DNA from: an uncultured Prevotella sp.
GTDB lineage: Bacteria; Bacteroidota; Bacteroidia; Bacteroidales; Bacteroidaceae
DNA: 64,000 bases
Reading direction: 5' to 3'
Assembly (NCBI GenBank): GCA_905236815.1
Contig: CAJOPE010000041.1
Span: 15,593-79,592 of the forward strand
Shown piece by piece: positions 1-8,131 of this stretch (the stretch's first letter is position 1; each line of letters opens with the position of its first letter). Position numbers and translations under genes: made by a program. Under the pieces are notes generated by a model that did no database searches, was not told the DNA's origin, and saw only the letters and a program-made list of their open reading frames with translations.

Positions 1-247
1 CATAGATAAAACTATTGGTATTCACTCCGTAGGTGCGCATTTTCAAACTCACCGCCTGTCCCATCAAATTATCAGGAACTCGGGTGATGTACTGAACATT
101 ATCACCTAGCGTAGAAAGGGATACAGCTACGTTGGCCTCTGAGCCACCGAAGAACTCAACAAAATCTCCAGCCTGAATCAAGCGCTTTCTGCTATGCTTG
201 GAAAGACGAAGGAGTATTTCGCCAAAAGTAACAATTTTGTTTTTCAT
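1..247 (-). CDS. PfkB-family sugar kinase (2-dehydro-3-deoxygluconokinase-like), N-terminal 82 codons only; gene runs off the left edge
   Basis: Own translation of minus strand from ATG 245-247: MKNKIVTFGEILLRLSK...VEFFGGSEANVAVSLSTLG, the N-terminal pattern of ribokinase/PfkB (KdgK-type) kinases. Absent from ORF track because no stop lies in the window. Confidence 0.6.
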   Translation of the reverse strand, partial: MKNKIVTFGEILLRLSKHSRKRLIQAGDFVEFFGGSEANVAVSLSTLGDNVQYITRVPDNLMGQAVSLKMRTYGVNTNSFIY

Positions 248-365
248 TCTTGTTTTGTTTTAGTTTCGATAGTTTGTTTGTTTTGAGACAGAGGGTTGGT
301 TACTTCTGTCGATTGTATAGTTTGTTTTAAGTGCTTGTGTGTGTAAATCTCTCTTTATGGAGTAA

Positions 366-397
366 GGGAAGGTTGTCTGTTAGCAAACAACCTTCCC
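366..397 (-). terminator. hairpin downstream of ackA
   Basis: GGGAAGGTTGT...ACAACCTTCCC stem 28 nt after the ackA stop, but with no clear U-tract on the minus strand. Confidence 0.4.
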
Positions 398-424
398 TTC
401 GAGAAGGTTCTATGAACCTATGTA

Positions 425-1639
425 TTAGTCTTTGATTTCCTTGCCCTCTACCAAAGCCTTGGTATCACGAGCAATTACAATCTCTTCATCAGTTGGAATA
501 ACAGCAACCTTTACCTTGCTGTCTGCTGTTGAGATAACAGCCTCATCACCGTGAATTGTCTGGTTCTTCTCTGCATCAACCTTAACGCCGAGGAACTCAA
601 GACCCTCTGTAGAGAGGAAGCGGATGTCAGCCTGATTCTCACCTACACCTGCAGTGAAGATGATAGCATCAACACCACCCATAGCAGCTGCATAAGCGCC
701 GATGTACTTCTTGATGCGGTATGTATACATCTTGATAGCAAGCTTAGCACGCTCGTTGCCTTCCTGTGCTGCATTGAATACATCACGCATATCGCTAGAT
801 ACGCCACTGATACCGAGAAGACCACTCTCCTTATTCAGATAATCAGCCATCTCCTGAGGCTTCTTACCCAACTTATCCATCAAGTAAGTTACAGCAGAAG
901 GATCGATATCACCACAACGAGAACCCATCATGACACCTGCCAATGGAGTAAGACCCATTGAAGTATCCATGATCTTGCCATTTACAACAGCACCAACAGA
1001 AGCACCATTACCGATGTGGCAAGTGATGATCTTTGAGTTGTTTGCATCGAGGTTCAAGTATTCGATAGCACGCTTGCTTACATAGCGATGAGAGGTTCCG
1101 TGGAAACCATAACGGCGAACATGATACTTCTCATAGTTCTCGTAAGGTACTGCATAAAGGTATGCATAATCAGGCATTGTGCTATGGAAAGCATTATCGA
1201 AAACTGTAACCTGTGGAGTTGTAGGCATCAAAGCATCAACAGCACGAAGACCCTTCAGGTGACCTGCATTGTGAACAGGAGCGAGGTCGCAAAGACTCTC
1301 GATACCATCCTCAACTTCCTTAGTTACGAGGCAGCTCTTCTCGAAGAGGTCGCCACCCTGCACGATACGGTGACCAACAGCATCGATTTCATCAAGGCTC
1401 TTGATAGCACCAATCTCCTTGTCGAGCAAGCACTCGAATACCAAAGCAACACCTTCCTTGTGTGTAGGGAGAGCACGCTCGATAATCTTGTTCTCGCCAT
1501 TGGCAAGCTTTACTTTGATGAAAGAGCCATCAATACCGATACGCTCTACACCACCCTGTGCCAATACAGACTCATCGTCCATATTGTACAACTTATATTT
1601 AATAGATGAACTTCCGCAGTTCAGAACTAATATATTCAT
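425..1639 (-). CDS. ackA: acetate kinase
   Basis: 404-aa ORF with N-terminus MNILVLNCGSSSIKYKLY and length typical of acetate kinase; directly downstream of pta. Confidence 0.96.
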   Translation of the reverse strand: MNILVLNCGSSSIKYKLYNMDDESVLAQGGVERIGIDGSFIKVKLANGENKIIERALPTHKEGVALVFECLLDKEIGAIKSLDEIDAVGHRIVQGGDLFEKSCLVTKEVEDGIESLCDLAPVHNAGHLKGLRAVDALMPTTPQVTVFDNAFHSTMPDYAYLYAVPYENYEKYHVRRYGFHGTSHRYVSKRAIEYLNLDANNSKIITCHIGNGASVGAVVNGKIMDTSMGLTPLAGVMMGSRCGDIDPSAVTYLMDKLGKKPQEMADYLNKESGLLGISGVSSDMRDVFNAAQEGNERAKLAIKMYTYRIKKYIGAYAAAMGGVDAIIFTAGVGENQADIRFLSTEGLEFLGVKVDAEKNQTIHGDEAVISTADSKVKVAVIPTDEEIVIARDTKALVEGKEIKD

Positions 1640-1733
1640 TTGTCAATTAGAAATTTGAAATTAGAAATTAGTAATTGGAAATTGCCTTTTCAAAAGTAAT
1701 CATAATTACTAATTTCTAATTATTCATTATTAA

Positions 1734-2777
1734 TTATTTCTTAGCATCCTGTGCCTGGCAAGAAGTGATGGCGATCATATAATAGATGTCATCTACTGAG
1801 CAGCCACGGCTGAGGTCATTAACTGGACGAGCGATACCCTGGAGGATAGGACCAATAGCGATAGCACCACCCAAGCGCTGAACGAGCTTGTAACCGATGT
1901 TACCAACCTCGAGGTTTGGTGCGATCAATACGTTTGCCTTACCAGCGATCTCACTACCTGGAGCCTTCTTTGCGCCAACACTTGGTACAAGAGCAGCATC
2001 AGCCTGAAGCTCACCATCAACCTTAAGGTCAGGGAAGTTCTCCTTAGCCAACTTTGTAGCCTCTACCACCTTGTCGATGATATAAACACTCTTGCCAGTC
2101 TCCTTGTCCTTAGCGTCCTTTGCAGAACCCTTAGTAGAGAAGCTCAACATAGCAACACGAGGTTCCTCGATACCTGCAACACTCTTAGCTGTCTGTGCTG
2201 TAGTGTAAGCAATCTGAGAAAGCTGATCAGCTGTTGGGTTTGGAGTTACAGCAACATCACCCATAACAACAACACCATCATTACCGAATTCCTTCTGGTT
2301 AGTAATGAGCAACATAGCACCACTTACGCAAGAGATGCCAGGAGCACACTTGATGATCTGAAGAGCTGGACGGAGAGTATCACCTGTAGTAGAAAGTGCA
2401 CCAGAAATCTGGCCATCAGCACCCTCTGTCTTGATGATCATACAGCCGAGGTAGAGGTTGTCCTTAGTAACAAGCTCACGAGCCTGATCTACAGTCATAC
2501 CCTTCTTCTTACGAAGTTCTGCGAGTAATTCAGCATACTCCTCAGTCTTAGGGTTGTTGAGAGGATCTACGATTGTAGCCTTATCAATATTCTTGAGTCC
2601 CCACTGAGCAGCGAGATTCTTGATATTGTCTGGGTTACCAATGAGAATAAGTTCTGCAAGGTCGTCACCGAGGGCCTTATCAGCAGCTTTTAATGTACGC
2701 TCCTCTTCAGCTTCTGGGAGCACGATGCGCTGCTTGTTTGCTTTTGCACGCGCAACAATTTGCTGTAATAAATCCAT
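1734..2777 (-). CDS. pta: phosphate acetyltransferase
   Basis: 347-aa PTA/PTB-type ORF (RIVLPEAEEERTLKAA...SRGCSVDDIY); classic pta-ackA pair. Confidence 0.94.
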   Translation of the reverse strand: MDLLQQIVARAKANKQRIVLPEAEEERTLKAADKALGDDLAELILIGNPDNIKNLAAQWGLKNIDKATIVDPLNNPKTEEYAELLAELRKKKGMTVDQARELVTKDNLYLGCMIIKTEGADGQISGALSTTGDTLRPALQIIKCAPGISCVSGAMLLITNQKEFGNDGVVVMGDVAVTPNPTADQLSQIAYTTAQTAKSVAGIEEPRVAMLSFSTKGSAKDAKDKETGKSVYIIDKVVEATKLAKENFPDLKVDGELQADAALVPSVGAKKAPGSEIAGKANVLIAPNLEVGNIGYKLVQRLGGAIAIGPILQGIARPVNDLSRGCSVDDIYYMIAITSCQAQDAKK

Positions 2778-2841
2778 AGTTAATTGTTATATTTAAATAT
2801 ATTATTTTTCTGTTATACCGTAGTTTGCTATTTCGTGATTG

Positions 2842-2849
2842 CAAAATTA
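2842..2849 (-). promoter_or_regulatory. -7 promoter box for pta-ackA
   Basis: TAATTTTG, an exact match to the Bacteroides primary-sigma -7 consensus TAnnTTTG; 64 nt upstream of ATG 2777. Confidence 0.55.
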
Positions 2850-2937
2850 ACACTTTTCCACGAGAATCTCCCGACTTATCGAAGAAATTTTGCTAAAACG
2901 TTTACGTCAACGCGACTTATCAGCACTACCTGAAGTT

Positions 2938-3714
2938 TTATATCATTTCCTTGGTCAGGATACTCTCCAGTTCCTCGGCTGAAAGTCGAAGATGGAATTC
3001 TCCCTTGATAGCGATAGAGATACGGCCTGTCTCCTCGGAAACTACAATGGCAATGGCATCACTATTCTGAGAAATACCCATTGCGGCACGATGTCGGAGT
3101 CCGAGTTCTTTTGGAATATCAAGATTATGACTTACAGGCAAAATACAGCCAGCAGCCTCTATTCGCTTACGTGAAATCACCATAGCGCCATCATGAAGTG
3201 GGGAGTTCTTAAAGAAGATATTCTCGATTAGGCGCTGGTTGATTCGTGCATCTATGCTCTCACCCGTATCAACGATATCTTTCAGTGGTACTGCTCTTTC
3301 CACAACAATCAGAGCACCCACGAATTTCTTGCTCATCGACATACACGCCATTACGATAGGCATAATGGTTTCCTTATCCACTTCCTTTATGTCGGATTTA
3401 TTGGAGGAATGGAAGAACATTACTAATCGCCGGAATCCTTTCTGGGTTCCGAGTTCATAGAGGAACTTTCGGATATCTTCCTGAAAGATGACTATCAAGG
3501 CGATAACTCCCACACTCACCAGTTTGTCGAGGATTGAGCCTAGAAGGCGCATCTCCAGCACCTGACTTACGAAAAGCCAGATGAGTACAAACACCATAAT
3601 ACCGATGAAGACATTCAACGAACGGCTCTCTTTCATCAATCGATAGATGTAGTAGAGCATCAGTGCTACCAGCAGAATGTCGATGATATCCTTTATTCCA
3701 AAATCGAATGGCAT
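2938..3714 (-). CDS. cdaA: diadenylate cyclase (c-di-AMP synthase), membrane-anchored CdaA type
   Basis: 258 aa; three N-terminal hydrophobic helices followed by a DAC domain with DGA (LHDGAMVI) and RHR (LRHRAA) motifs. Confidence 0.9.
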   Translation of the reverse strand: MPFDFGIKDIIDILLVALMLYYIYRLMKESRSLNVFIGIMVFVLIWLFVSQVLEMRLLGSILDKLVSVGVIALIVIFQEDIRKFLYELGTQKGFRRLVMFFHSSNKSDIKEVDKETIMPIVMACMSMSKKFVGALIVVERAVPLKDIVDTGESIDARINQRLIENIFFKNSPLHDGAMVISRKRIEAAGCILPVSHNLDIPKELGLRHRAAMGISQNSDAIAIVVSEETGRISIAIKGEFHLRLSAEELESILTKEMI

Positions 3715-3744
3715 TGTTCTATATGCTTAGTTCATAATTCTATA

Positions 3745-4596
3745 TCAAGCCCGAAGGGTCATCTGTGTGATCTTCACTGCCTCGGCAGCGGCTTTCACAT
3801 CATGTACTCTCAGGATATTGGCACCCTTCATCAAGGCGATGGTATCTACCACGGTTGTTCCATTCAGTGCCTCGTCGGCATTGATGTCCAATAGCTTCCA
3901 GATCATGCGCTTACGGGATACACCCACCAGCAGTGGCAGGTCGAGCACCTGCAATTTCTCCATATCATTCAGCAACTGATAGTTCTCCTCTATCGACTTT
4001 CCAAATCCGAAACCAGGATCGAGGATGATGTCCTTTGCACCAAGGTCGCGCAACTGCTGTACTTCCTTTGAGAAATTGATGAGCATATCGTGGAGATTTG
4101 CCTGCACCGACATTAATATATAAGGTACTTTCAGTTTTCCCATCATCTGGAAGATTGCCGGATATTCTCCTTCCTCCTTCTCGAGAGGAGTATCTACAAT
4201 TCCGGTTATACCACCTTCCGATACGTCATTGATAATATCTGCACCAAATTCCTCAACAACCATCTGGGCTACTTCCGGACGATAAGTGTCGACAGAGATA
4301 ACCGCATCAGGCTGCTCTCGCTTCACTATCGGAAGGGCCTTGCGCAATCTGCTCATCTCCTCCTCTACAGAAACCTCATCGGCTCCCGGACGGGTTGAGA
4401 AGGCGCCAACATCAATAATGGAGCCGCCTTCGGCGATAATCTGATTGGCACGCTCGGCAATCTCCCTTTCGGATTGCTTGCGACTACCTGCGAAAAAGCT
4501 GTCAGGAGTGACATTTAGGATACCCATCACCTGTGGAGTGCCAAGCTGCAACAGGCGACCATGTACATTAATAGTATATTCGATACATTTATTCAT
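3745..4596 (-). CDS. folP: dihydropteroate synthase
   Basis: Pterin-binding motifs GILNVTPDSFF, DIINDVS, GVSRK. The track start at 4605 is a TTG inside the -7 box, so I start at ATG 4596 (MNKCIEY...). Confidence 0.92.
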   Translation of the reverse strand: MNKCIEYTINVHGRLLQLGTPQVMGILNVTPDSFFAGSRKQSEREIAERANQIIAEGGSIIDVGAFSTRPGADEVSVEEEMSRLRKALPIVKREQPDAVISVDTYRPEVAQMVVEEFGADIINDVSEGGITGIVDTPLEKEEGEYPAIFQMMGKLKVPYILMSVQANLHDMLINFSKEVQQLRDLGAKDIILDPGFGFGKSIEENYQLLNDMEKLQVLDLPLLVGVSRKRMIWKLLDINADEALNGTTVVDTIALMKGANILRVHDVKAAAEAVKITQMTLRA

Positions 4597-4602
4597 ACTC
4601 TG

Positions 4603-4610
4603 CAAAATTA
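4603..4610 (-). promoter_or_regulatory. -7 promoter box for folP-cdaA
   Basis: TAATTTTG; 6 nt upstream of ATG 4596, implying a leaderless or near-leaderless mRNA. Confidence 0.55.
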
Positions 4611-4655
4611 GTAATATTATTTTGAATAAGTAGTTTCATTTTGAGAAAATTACAG

Positions 4656-4663
4656 TAACTTTG
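4656..4663 (+). promoter_or_regulatory. -7 promoter box for murF
   Basis: TAACTTTG; 20 nt upstream of ATG 4684. Confidence 0.6.
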
Positions 4664-4683
4664 CAGAAAATTAATCTGTGAAT

Positions 4684-6000
4684 ATGGATATTTCAGAATT
4701 CTATAAAATCTATCAGGAACACCCTGTCGTTACTACCGACAGCAGGAACTGTCCTGAAGGGAGTATTTTCATTGCCCTGAAAGGTGCCTCTTTCGACGGA
4801 AACAAGTTTGCCGAGGCCGCACTTGAGAAGGGTTGCGCCTATGCAGTAGTGGATGAGAAGGAGTATTGCAAGGAGGGTGATGAGCGCTTTATTCTTGTGG
4901 AAGATTGTTTGACAACTTTCAAGGAACTTGCGCGAGAGCATCGTCGCCAGTTCGACATTCCTGTCATCGGTATCACAGGTACGAATGGAAAAACTACTAC
5001 GAAGGAACTCATCTCGGCCGTTCTTGCCGAGAAGTTCAATGTAATGCACACTGAGGGAAACTTCAACAATGATGTGGGTGTGCCTAAAACTCTGCTTCGT
5101 CTTGCTCCTGAGCATCAGATTGCTGTTGTCGAGATGGGTGCTAGTCATCCTGGCGACATCAAATGTTTGGTGGAATATGTCGAGCCAACTTGTGGTATGA
5201 TTACCAATGTGGGGCGTGCGCACCTACAGGGCTTCGGAAGTTTCGAGGGCGTGAAGAAGACCAAAGGCGAACTCTACGATTTCCTCACTGGCCACAACGG
5301 TCTGCTATTCCTCAACGAGAGCAACCCAGACTTAGTGGAGATGGCTCAGCAGAGAGACTTCGAGCGTGTCATCACTTATGGCAAGGAGGGCGAGGCTAGC
5401 ATCGACGGAAAGGTAATCAGTTGTGCTCCTTTCCTCAAGTTCGAATGGACCGACCTCACTTCGGATGACACTAAGGTGAAGACTTATGAGGTGGAGACTC
5501 ATCTCATCGGCTCTTACAATATCGACAATATGCTGGCTGCTATCACTATCGGCTTGCACTTTGGAGTTTCACCTGAGCAGATCAACCATGCTTTGGAGAA
5601 CTATATCCCTAGCAACAACCGCAGTCAGCTTACTGTAACTGCCAAGAACAAACTGGTGGTAGATGCTTATAATGCCAATCCATCGAGTATGGCTGCTGCC
5701 ATCGAGAACTTCAAGGTGATGGATGTTGACAACAAGATGGCAATTCTCGGCGACATGCGTGAGTTGGGCGAGGCTTCTGACGAGGAACACCAGAAGGTGG
5801 TTGACAAGCTGAAAGAATATGGTCTCACCAACATCTGGCTTGTGGGCGAGGAATTCGGCAAGACCAACACCGATTTCCGCAAGTTCAACAATGTGGAAGA
5901 GGTGAAGGCTGAAATCGCCAAGGTACAGCCTGAGGGATGCTATATTCTCATCAAGGGAAGCAACGGTATCAAACTCTTCGAATTGCCAGAGTTACTCTAA
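4684..6000 (+). CDS. murF: UDP-N-acetylmuramoyl-tripeptide--D-alanyl-D-alanine ligase
   Basis: Mur-ligase P-loop [13 protein letters not shown] and MurF-like domain order. ATG 4684 preferred over track GTG 4678 (same frame). Confidence 0.9.
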   Translation: MDISEFYKIYQEHPVVTTDSRNCPEGSIFIALKGASFDGNKFAEAALEKGCAYAVVDEKEYCKEGDERFILVEDCLTTFKELAREHRRQFDIPVIGITGTNGKTTTKELISAVLAEKFNVMHTEGNFNNDVGVPKTLLRLAPEHQIAVVEMGASHPGDIKCLVEYVEPTCGMITNVGRAHLQGFGSFEGVKKTKGELYDFLTGHNGLLFLNESNPDLVEMAQQRDFERVITYGKEGEASIDGKVISCAPFLKFEWTDLTSDDTKVKTYEVETHLIGSYNIDNMLAAITIGLHFGVSPEQINHALENYIPSNNRSQLTVTAKNKLVVDAYNANPSSMAAAIENFKVMDVDNKMAILGDMRELGEASDEEHQKVVDKLKEYGLTNIWLVGEEFGKTNTDFRKFNNVEEVKAEIAKVQPEGCYILIKGSNGIKLFELPELL

Positions 6001-6024
6001 AACCAATTATACCTATTATATATA

Positions 6025-6058
6025 AAGGCGGAGCTTCACTGAAATTCCGCCTTTTTTT
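6025..6058 (+). terminator. intrinsic terminator after murF
   Basis: AAGGCGGA/TCCGCCTT stem followed by T7. Confidence 0.7.
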
Positions 6059-6066
6059 GATTTACT

Positions 6067-6828
6067 ATGAATTTAACAGAAGAACAAACCGAAAGATATT
6101 GCCGACATATCAAACTGAGGGAAGTCGGTGAGGAAGGTCAGAAAAAGATGCTCAACGCCAAGATACTCATCGTGGGTACTGGCGGTCTTGGATCGCCTGC
6201 AGCTCTTTATCTTGCTGCAGCTGGTATCGGGCATATCGGCATTGTTGATGCAGATGTTGCCGACTTGAGCAATCTACAACGACAGATTATTCACTCCACA
6301 AATGACATTGGCCGTCCAAAGGTGGAGAGTGCCAAGGAGAAAATGCTTGCCATCAATCCTTCCATCGAGATTACCACCTATCAGGAATTCCTTTCATCCG
6401 ACAACGCTCAAGACATCATCGCACCTTGGGATTTCATTATTGATGCAACAGACAACTTTACTGCAAAGTATCTCATCAATGATACCTGCGTGAAACTCGG
6501 CAAGGCATTCTCTCATGGAAGCATCCTTAGATTTAATGGGCAGACCTTTACGCATATTCCAGGTAGTGCCTGTTATCGTTGCTTATTCAAGGAGCCTCCT
6601 CCAGAGGGAACTGTTCCCAACAGCAAGCAGGCTGGTATTTTAGGTTCTGTAGCTGGAATGTTAGGCACAATACAAGCAACCGAGGCTTTAAAATATGTAT
6701 TGGGAATTGGAGAGTTGCTCACCAACCGTCTGCTCACCTTCGATGCACTCACGATGGAGCAAAACATCTTCAAAATAAAGAATCGTAGTGATTGTCCAAT
6801 ATGTGGAGTTTCCTCTCTTAACAAATAG
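6067..6828 (+). CDS. ThiF/MoeB/HesA-family adenylyltransferase
   Basis: Rossmann motif IVGTGGLGSPAALYLAAAGIG and two CxxC pairs (CYRC, CPIC). The stop codon TAG directly abuts repeat element A. Confidence 0.85.
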   Translation: MNLTEEQTERYCRHIKLREVGEEGQKKMLNAKILIVGTGGLGSPAALYLAAAGIGHIGIVDADVADLSNLQRQIIHSTNDIGRPKVESAKEKMLAINPSIEITTYQEFLSSDNAQDIIAPWDFIIDATDNFTAKYLINDTCVKLGKAFSHGSILRFNGQTFTHIPGSACYRCLFKEPPPEGTVPNSKQAGILGSVAGMLGTIQATEALKYVLGIGELLTNRLLTFDALTMEQNIFKIKNRSDCPICGVSSLNK

Positions 6829-6829
6829 G

Positions 6830-7120
6830 AAAAACATTTTTTCAAAAAAATATTTTATCCTTCATATCATTTATAACTAACTGGTGCATAGCGATTTCCT
6901 ATGAAGGAAGATTTTATCGTTTCTAGAAACATGTTGTTTTAGTGCAATAGCTTTCTTATTTAATAATGATATAAGCATCATGAAAAGAAACAAAGAAGAA
7001 AATCAATAAGATATCGCTCTATCTGAACATATAGAATTTTTACCTTCATAAGAACTCGCTATATTTCAGATAGTTACAATTGATATGAAGGATAAAATAT
7101 TTTTTTGAAAAAATGTTTTT
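6830..7120. repeat. nested inverted-repeat element, copy A (291 bp; arms 6830-6907 and 7043-7120; 135-bp centre)
   Basis: Perfect 40-bp terminal inverted repeat (6830-6869 vs 7081-7120). Each 78-nt arm is AAAAACATTTTTTCAAAAAAATATTTTAT + CCTTCATA + 33 nt + TATGAAGG. By hand count the two arms match at 69 of 78 positions. Confidence 0.9.
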
Positions 7121-7421
7121 ATCTTTTATATTTACAAAAACAAGTTTACCATACTATTTCTACCCCGCTCGCTGGGATTGCTCTCCCCGTTTACATAGAA
7201 TAATGAAACATTTCATCTTTTGCTGATAATTTACCTGCAAGATACTTGCTTGCTCGTGGCATACCATCTTTTTGATTTCCCCACAAGTGAGGGAGAAATG
7301 CTGAACAATAGTTTCTTGCTCTATTATGCAACAAACTCATTCCAACACCAAACGCTCACAACTATAGAGTATTCTATCTAATTAAGTATGTCTCGACTTT
7401 TTATCAAGTAGTCTTTGTCAT

Positions 7422-7662
7422 CCGATTAAGTCGATTTACTTTACAATTAAGCCGTTCTTGCAAGTCAATTAAGCACATCTTGCATGTCAATTAGGCCGTT
7501 CTTGATGGAGTATTAAGTCGTTTTAATTATTGAGAAAGCATTTTGTTTGCCAATTAAGAACTTCTTACTTTTCAATTAAAACCATTCTTGCTTATCAAGA
7601 AACCCATAAATGCTTTTCAATTAATCCTTCTTGCCTTTCAATTAAGTCTTTCTTGATCATGA
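7422..7662. repeat. degenerate tandem array, about 11 units of about 22 bp, consensus CAATTAAGnnnTTCTTGnnnn
   Basis: CAATTAAG-like heads at 7444, 7466, 7488, 7551, 7573, 7618 and 7639 (spacing 21-23 bp). More diverged units at about 7424, 7512 and 7596. Confidence 0.75.
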
Positions 7663-7711
7663 ATTCAGCACTAAATATAAACAGTAAAAATCTAAGGCAT
7701 AGATGAATTTT

Positions 7712-7772
7712 GTAAATGGGCCATTTACGGACCCTAAACAGTACATTTAGAAGACCTAAATGGTGCATTTAG
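7712..7772. repeat. 61-bp module of three 22-bp-spaced 17-nt palindromic units (REP/BIME-like), locus A
   Basis: GTAAATGGGCCATTTAC (7712), CTAAACAGTACATTTAG (7734) and CTAAATGGTGCATTTAG (7756). Confidence 0.8.
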
Positions 7773-7774
7773 AC

Positions 7775-7809
7775 AAAAACAAAAAAGCTTCTCAAAATTG
7801 AGAAGCTTT
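7775..7809 (-). terminator. intrinsic terminator after tRNA-Phe
   Basis: AAAGCTTCTC/GAGAAGCTTT 10-bp stem with a 6-nt loop, followed on the minus strand by a T-rich run (plus-strand CAAAAACAAAAAA). Confidence 0.75.
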
Positions 7810-7813
7810 CTTG

Positions 7814-7886
7814 TGGTACCTCTTGGAGTTGAACCAAGGACACATGGATTTTCAGTCCATTGCTCTACCACCTGAGCTAAGGTACC
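7814..7886 (-). tRNA. tRNA-Phe (anticodon GAA)
   Basis: Hand-folded 73-nt cloverleaf: acceptor GGTACCT/AGGTACC, anticodon loop CTGAAAA, T-loop TTCAACT. CCA is not encoded. Confidence 0.93.
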
Positions 7887-7908
7887 ATTCGTTTTTGAAT
7901 TGCGAGTG

Positions 7909-7916
7909 CAAAGGTA
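7909..7916 (-). promoter_or_regulatory. -7 promoter box for tRNA-Phe
   Basis: TACCTTTG; 22 nt upstream of the mature 5' end at 7886. Confidence 0.6.
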
Positions 7917-7990
7917 GCACTATTTTTTGAATTGAACAAATATTTTAGCACTTTTCTTTCGAGAAATTATCATTTTACAAATAAAAGCCG

Positions 7991-7998
7991 TATCTTTG
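7991..7998 (+). promoter_or_regulatory. -7 promoter box for tRNA-Pro
   Basis: TATCTTTG; 11 nt upstream of the mature 5' end at 8010. Confidence 0.65.
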
Positions 7999-8009
7999 CA
8001 CTCATAAAT

Positions 8010-8082
8010 CGGGATTTAGCGCAGTTGGTAGCGCACTACGTTCGGGACGTAGGGGTCGGGCGTTCGAATCGCCTAATCCCGA
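8010..8082 (+). tRNA. tRNA-Pro (anticodon CGG)
   Basis: Hand-folded 73-nt cloverleaf: acceptor CGGGATT/AATCCCG, anticodon stem CTACG/CGTAG with loop TTCGGGA, T-loop TTCGAAT. Confidence 0.93.
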
Positions 8083-8091
8083 CCTTAAGCT

Positions 8092-8131
8092 ATGCTGATT
8101 GGTTGTTTACTCAACTAACCAGCATTTTTTA
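8092..8131 (+). terminator. intrinsic terminator after tRNA-Pro
   Basis: ATGCTG...GGTT / AACC...CAGCAT imperfect stem followed by TTTTTTATTT. Confidence 0.55.

Noticed and set aside
6573-6845. 90-aa minus-strand ORF starting in the left arm of repeat copy A.
   Set aside because: It is antisense to the ThiF-like gene, and its ATG comes from the A/T palindrome of the repeat.
6830-7120. Interpreting the nested inverted-repeat elements as classical invertible promoters (invertons).
   Set aside because: Not fully excluded, but several points argue against it. I found no exact TAnnTTTG in any of the three centres by eye. Copy C lies between two gene 3' ends. No recombinase gene is nearby. The centres are not conserved between copies. 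The idea is kept only as an alternative to test.
7191-7340. 49-codon minus-strand ORF (MSLLHNRARNYCSAFLPHLWGNQKDGMPRASKYLAGKLSAKDEMFHYSM) in the tRNA island.
   Set aside because: It has no promoter box, no recognisable family or hydrophobic segment, and stops lie just upstream. I considered a transposase or integrase remnant but cannot support one.
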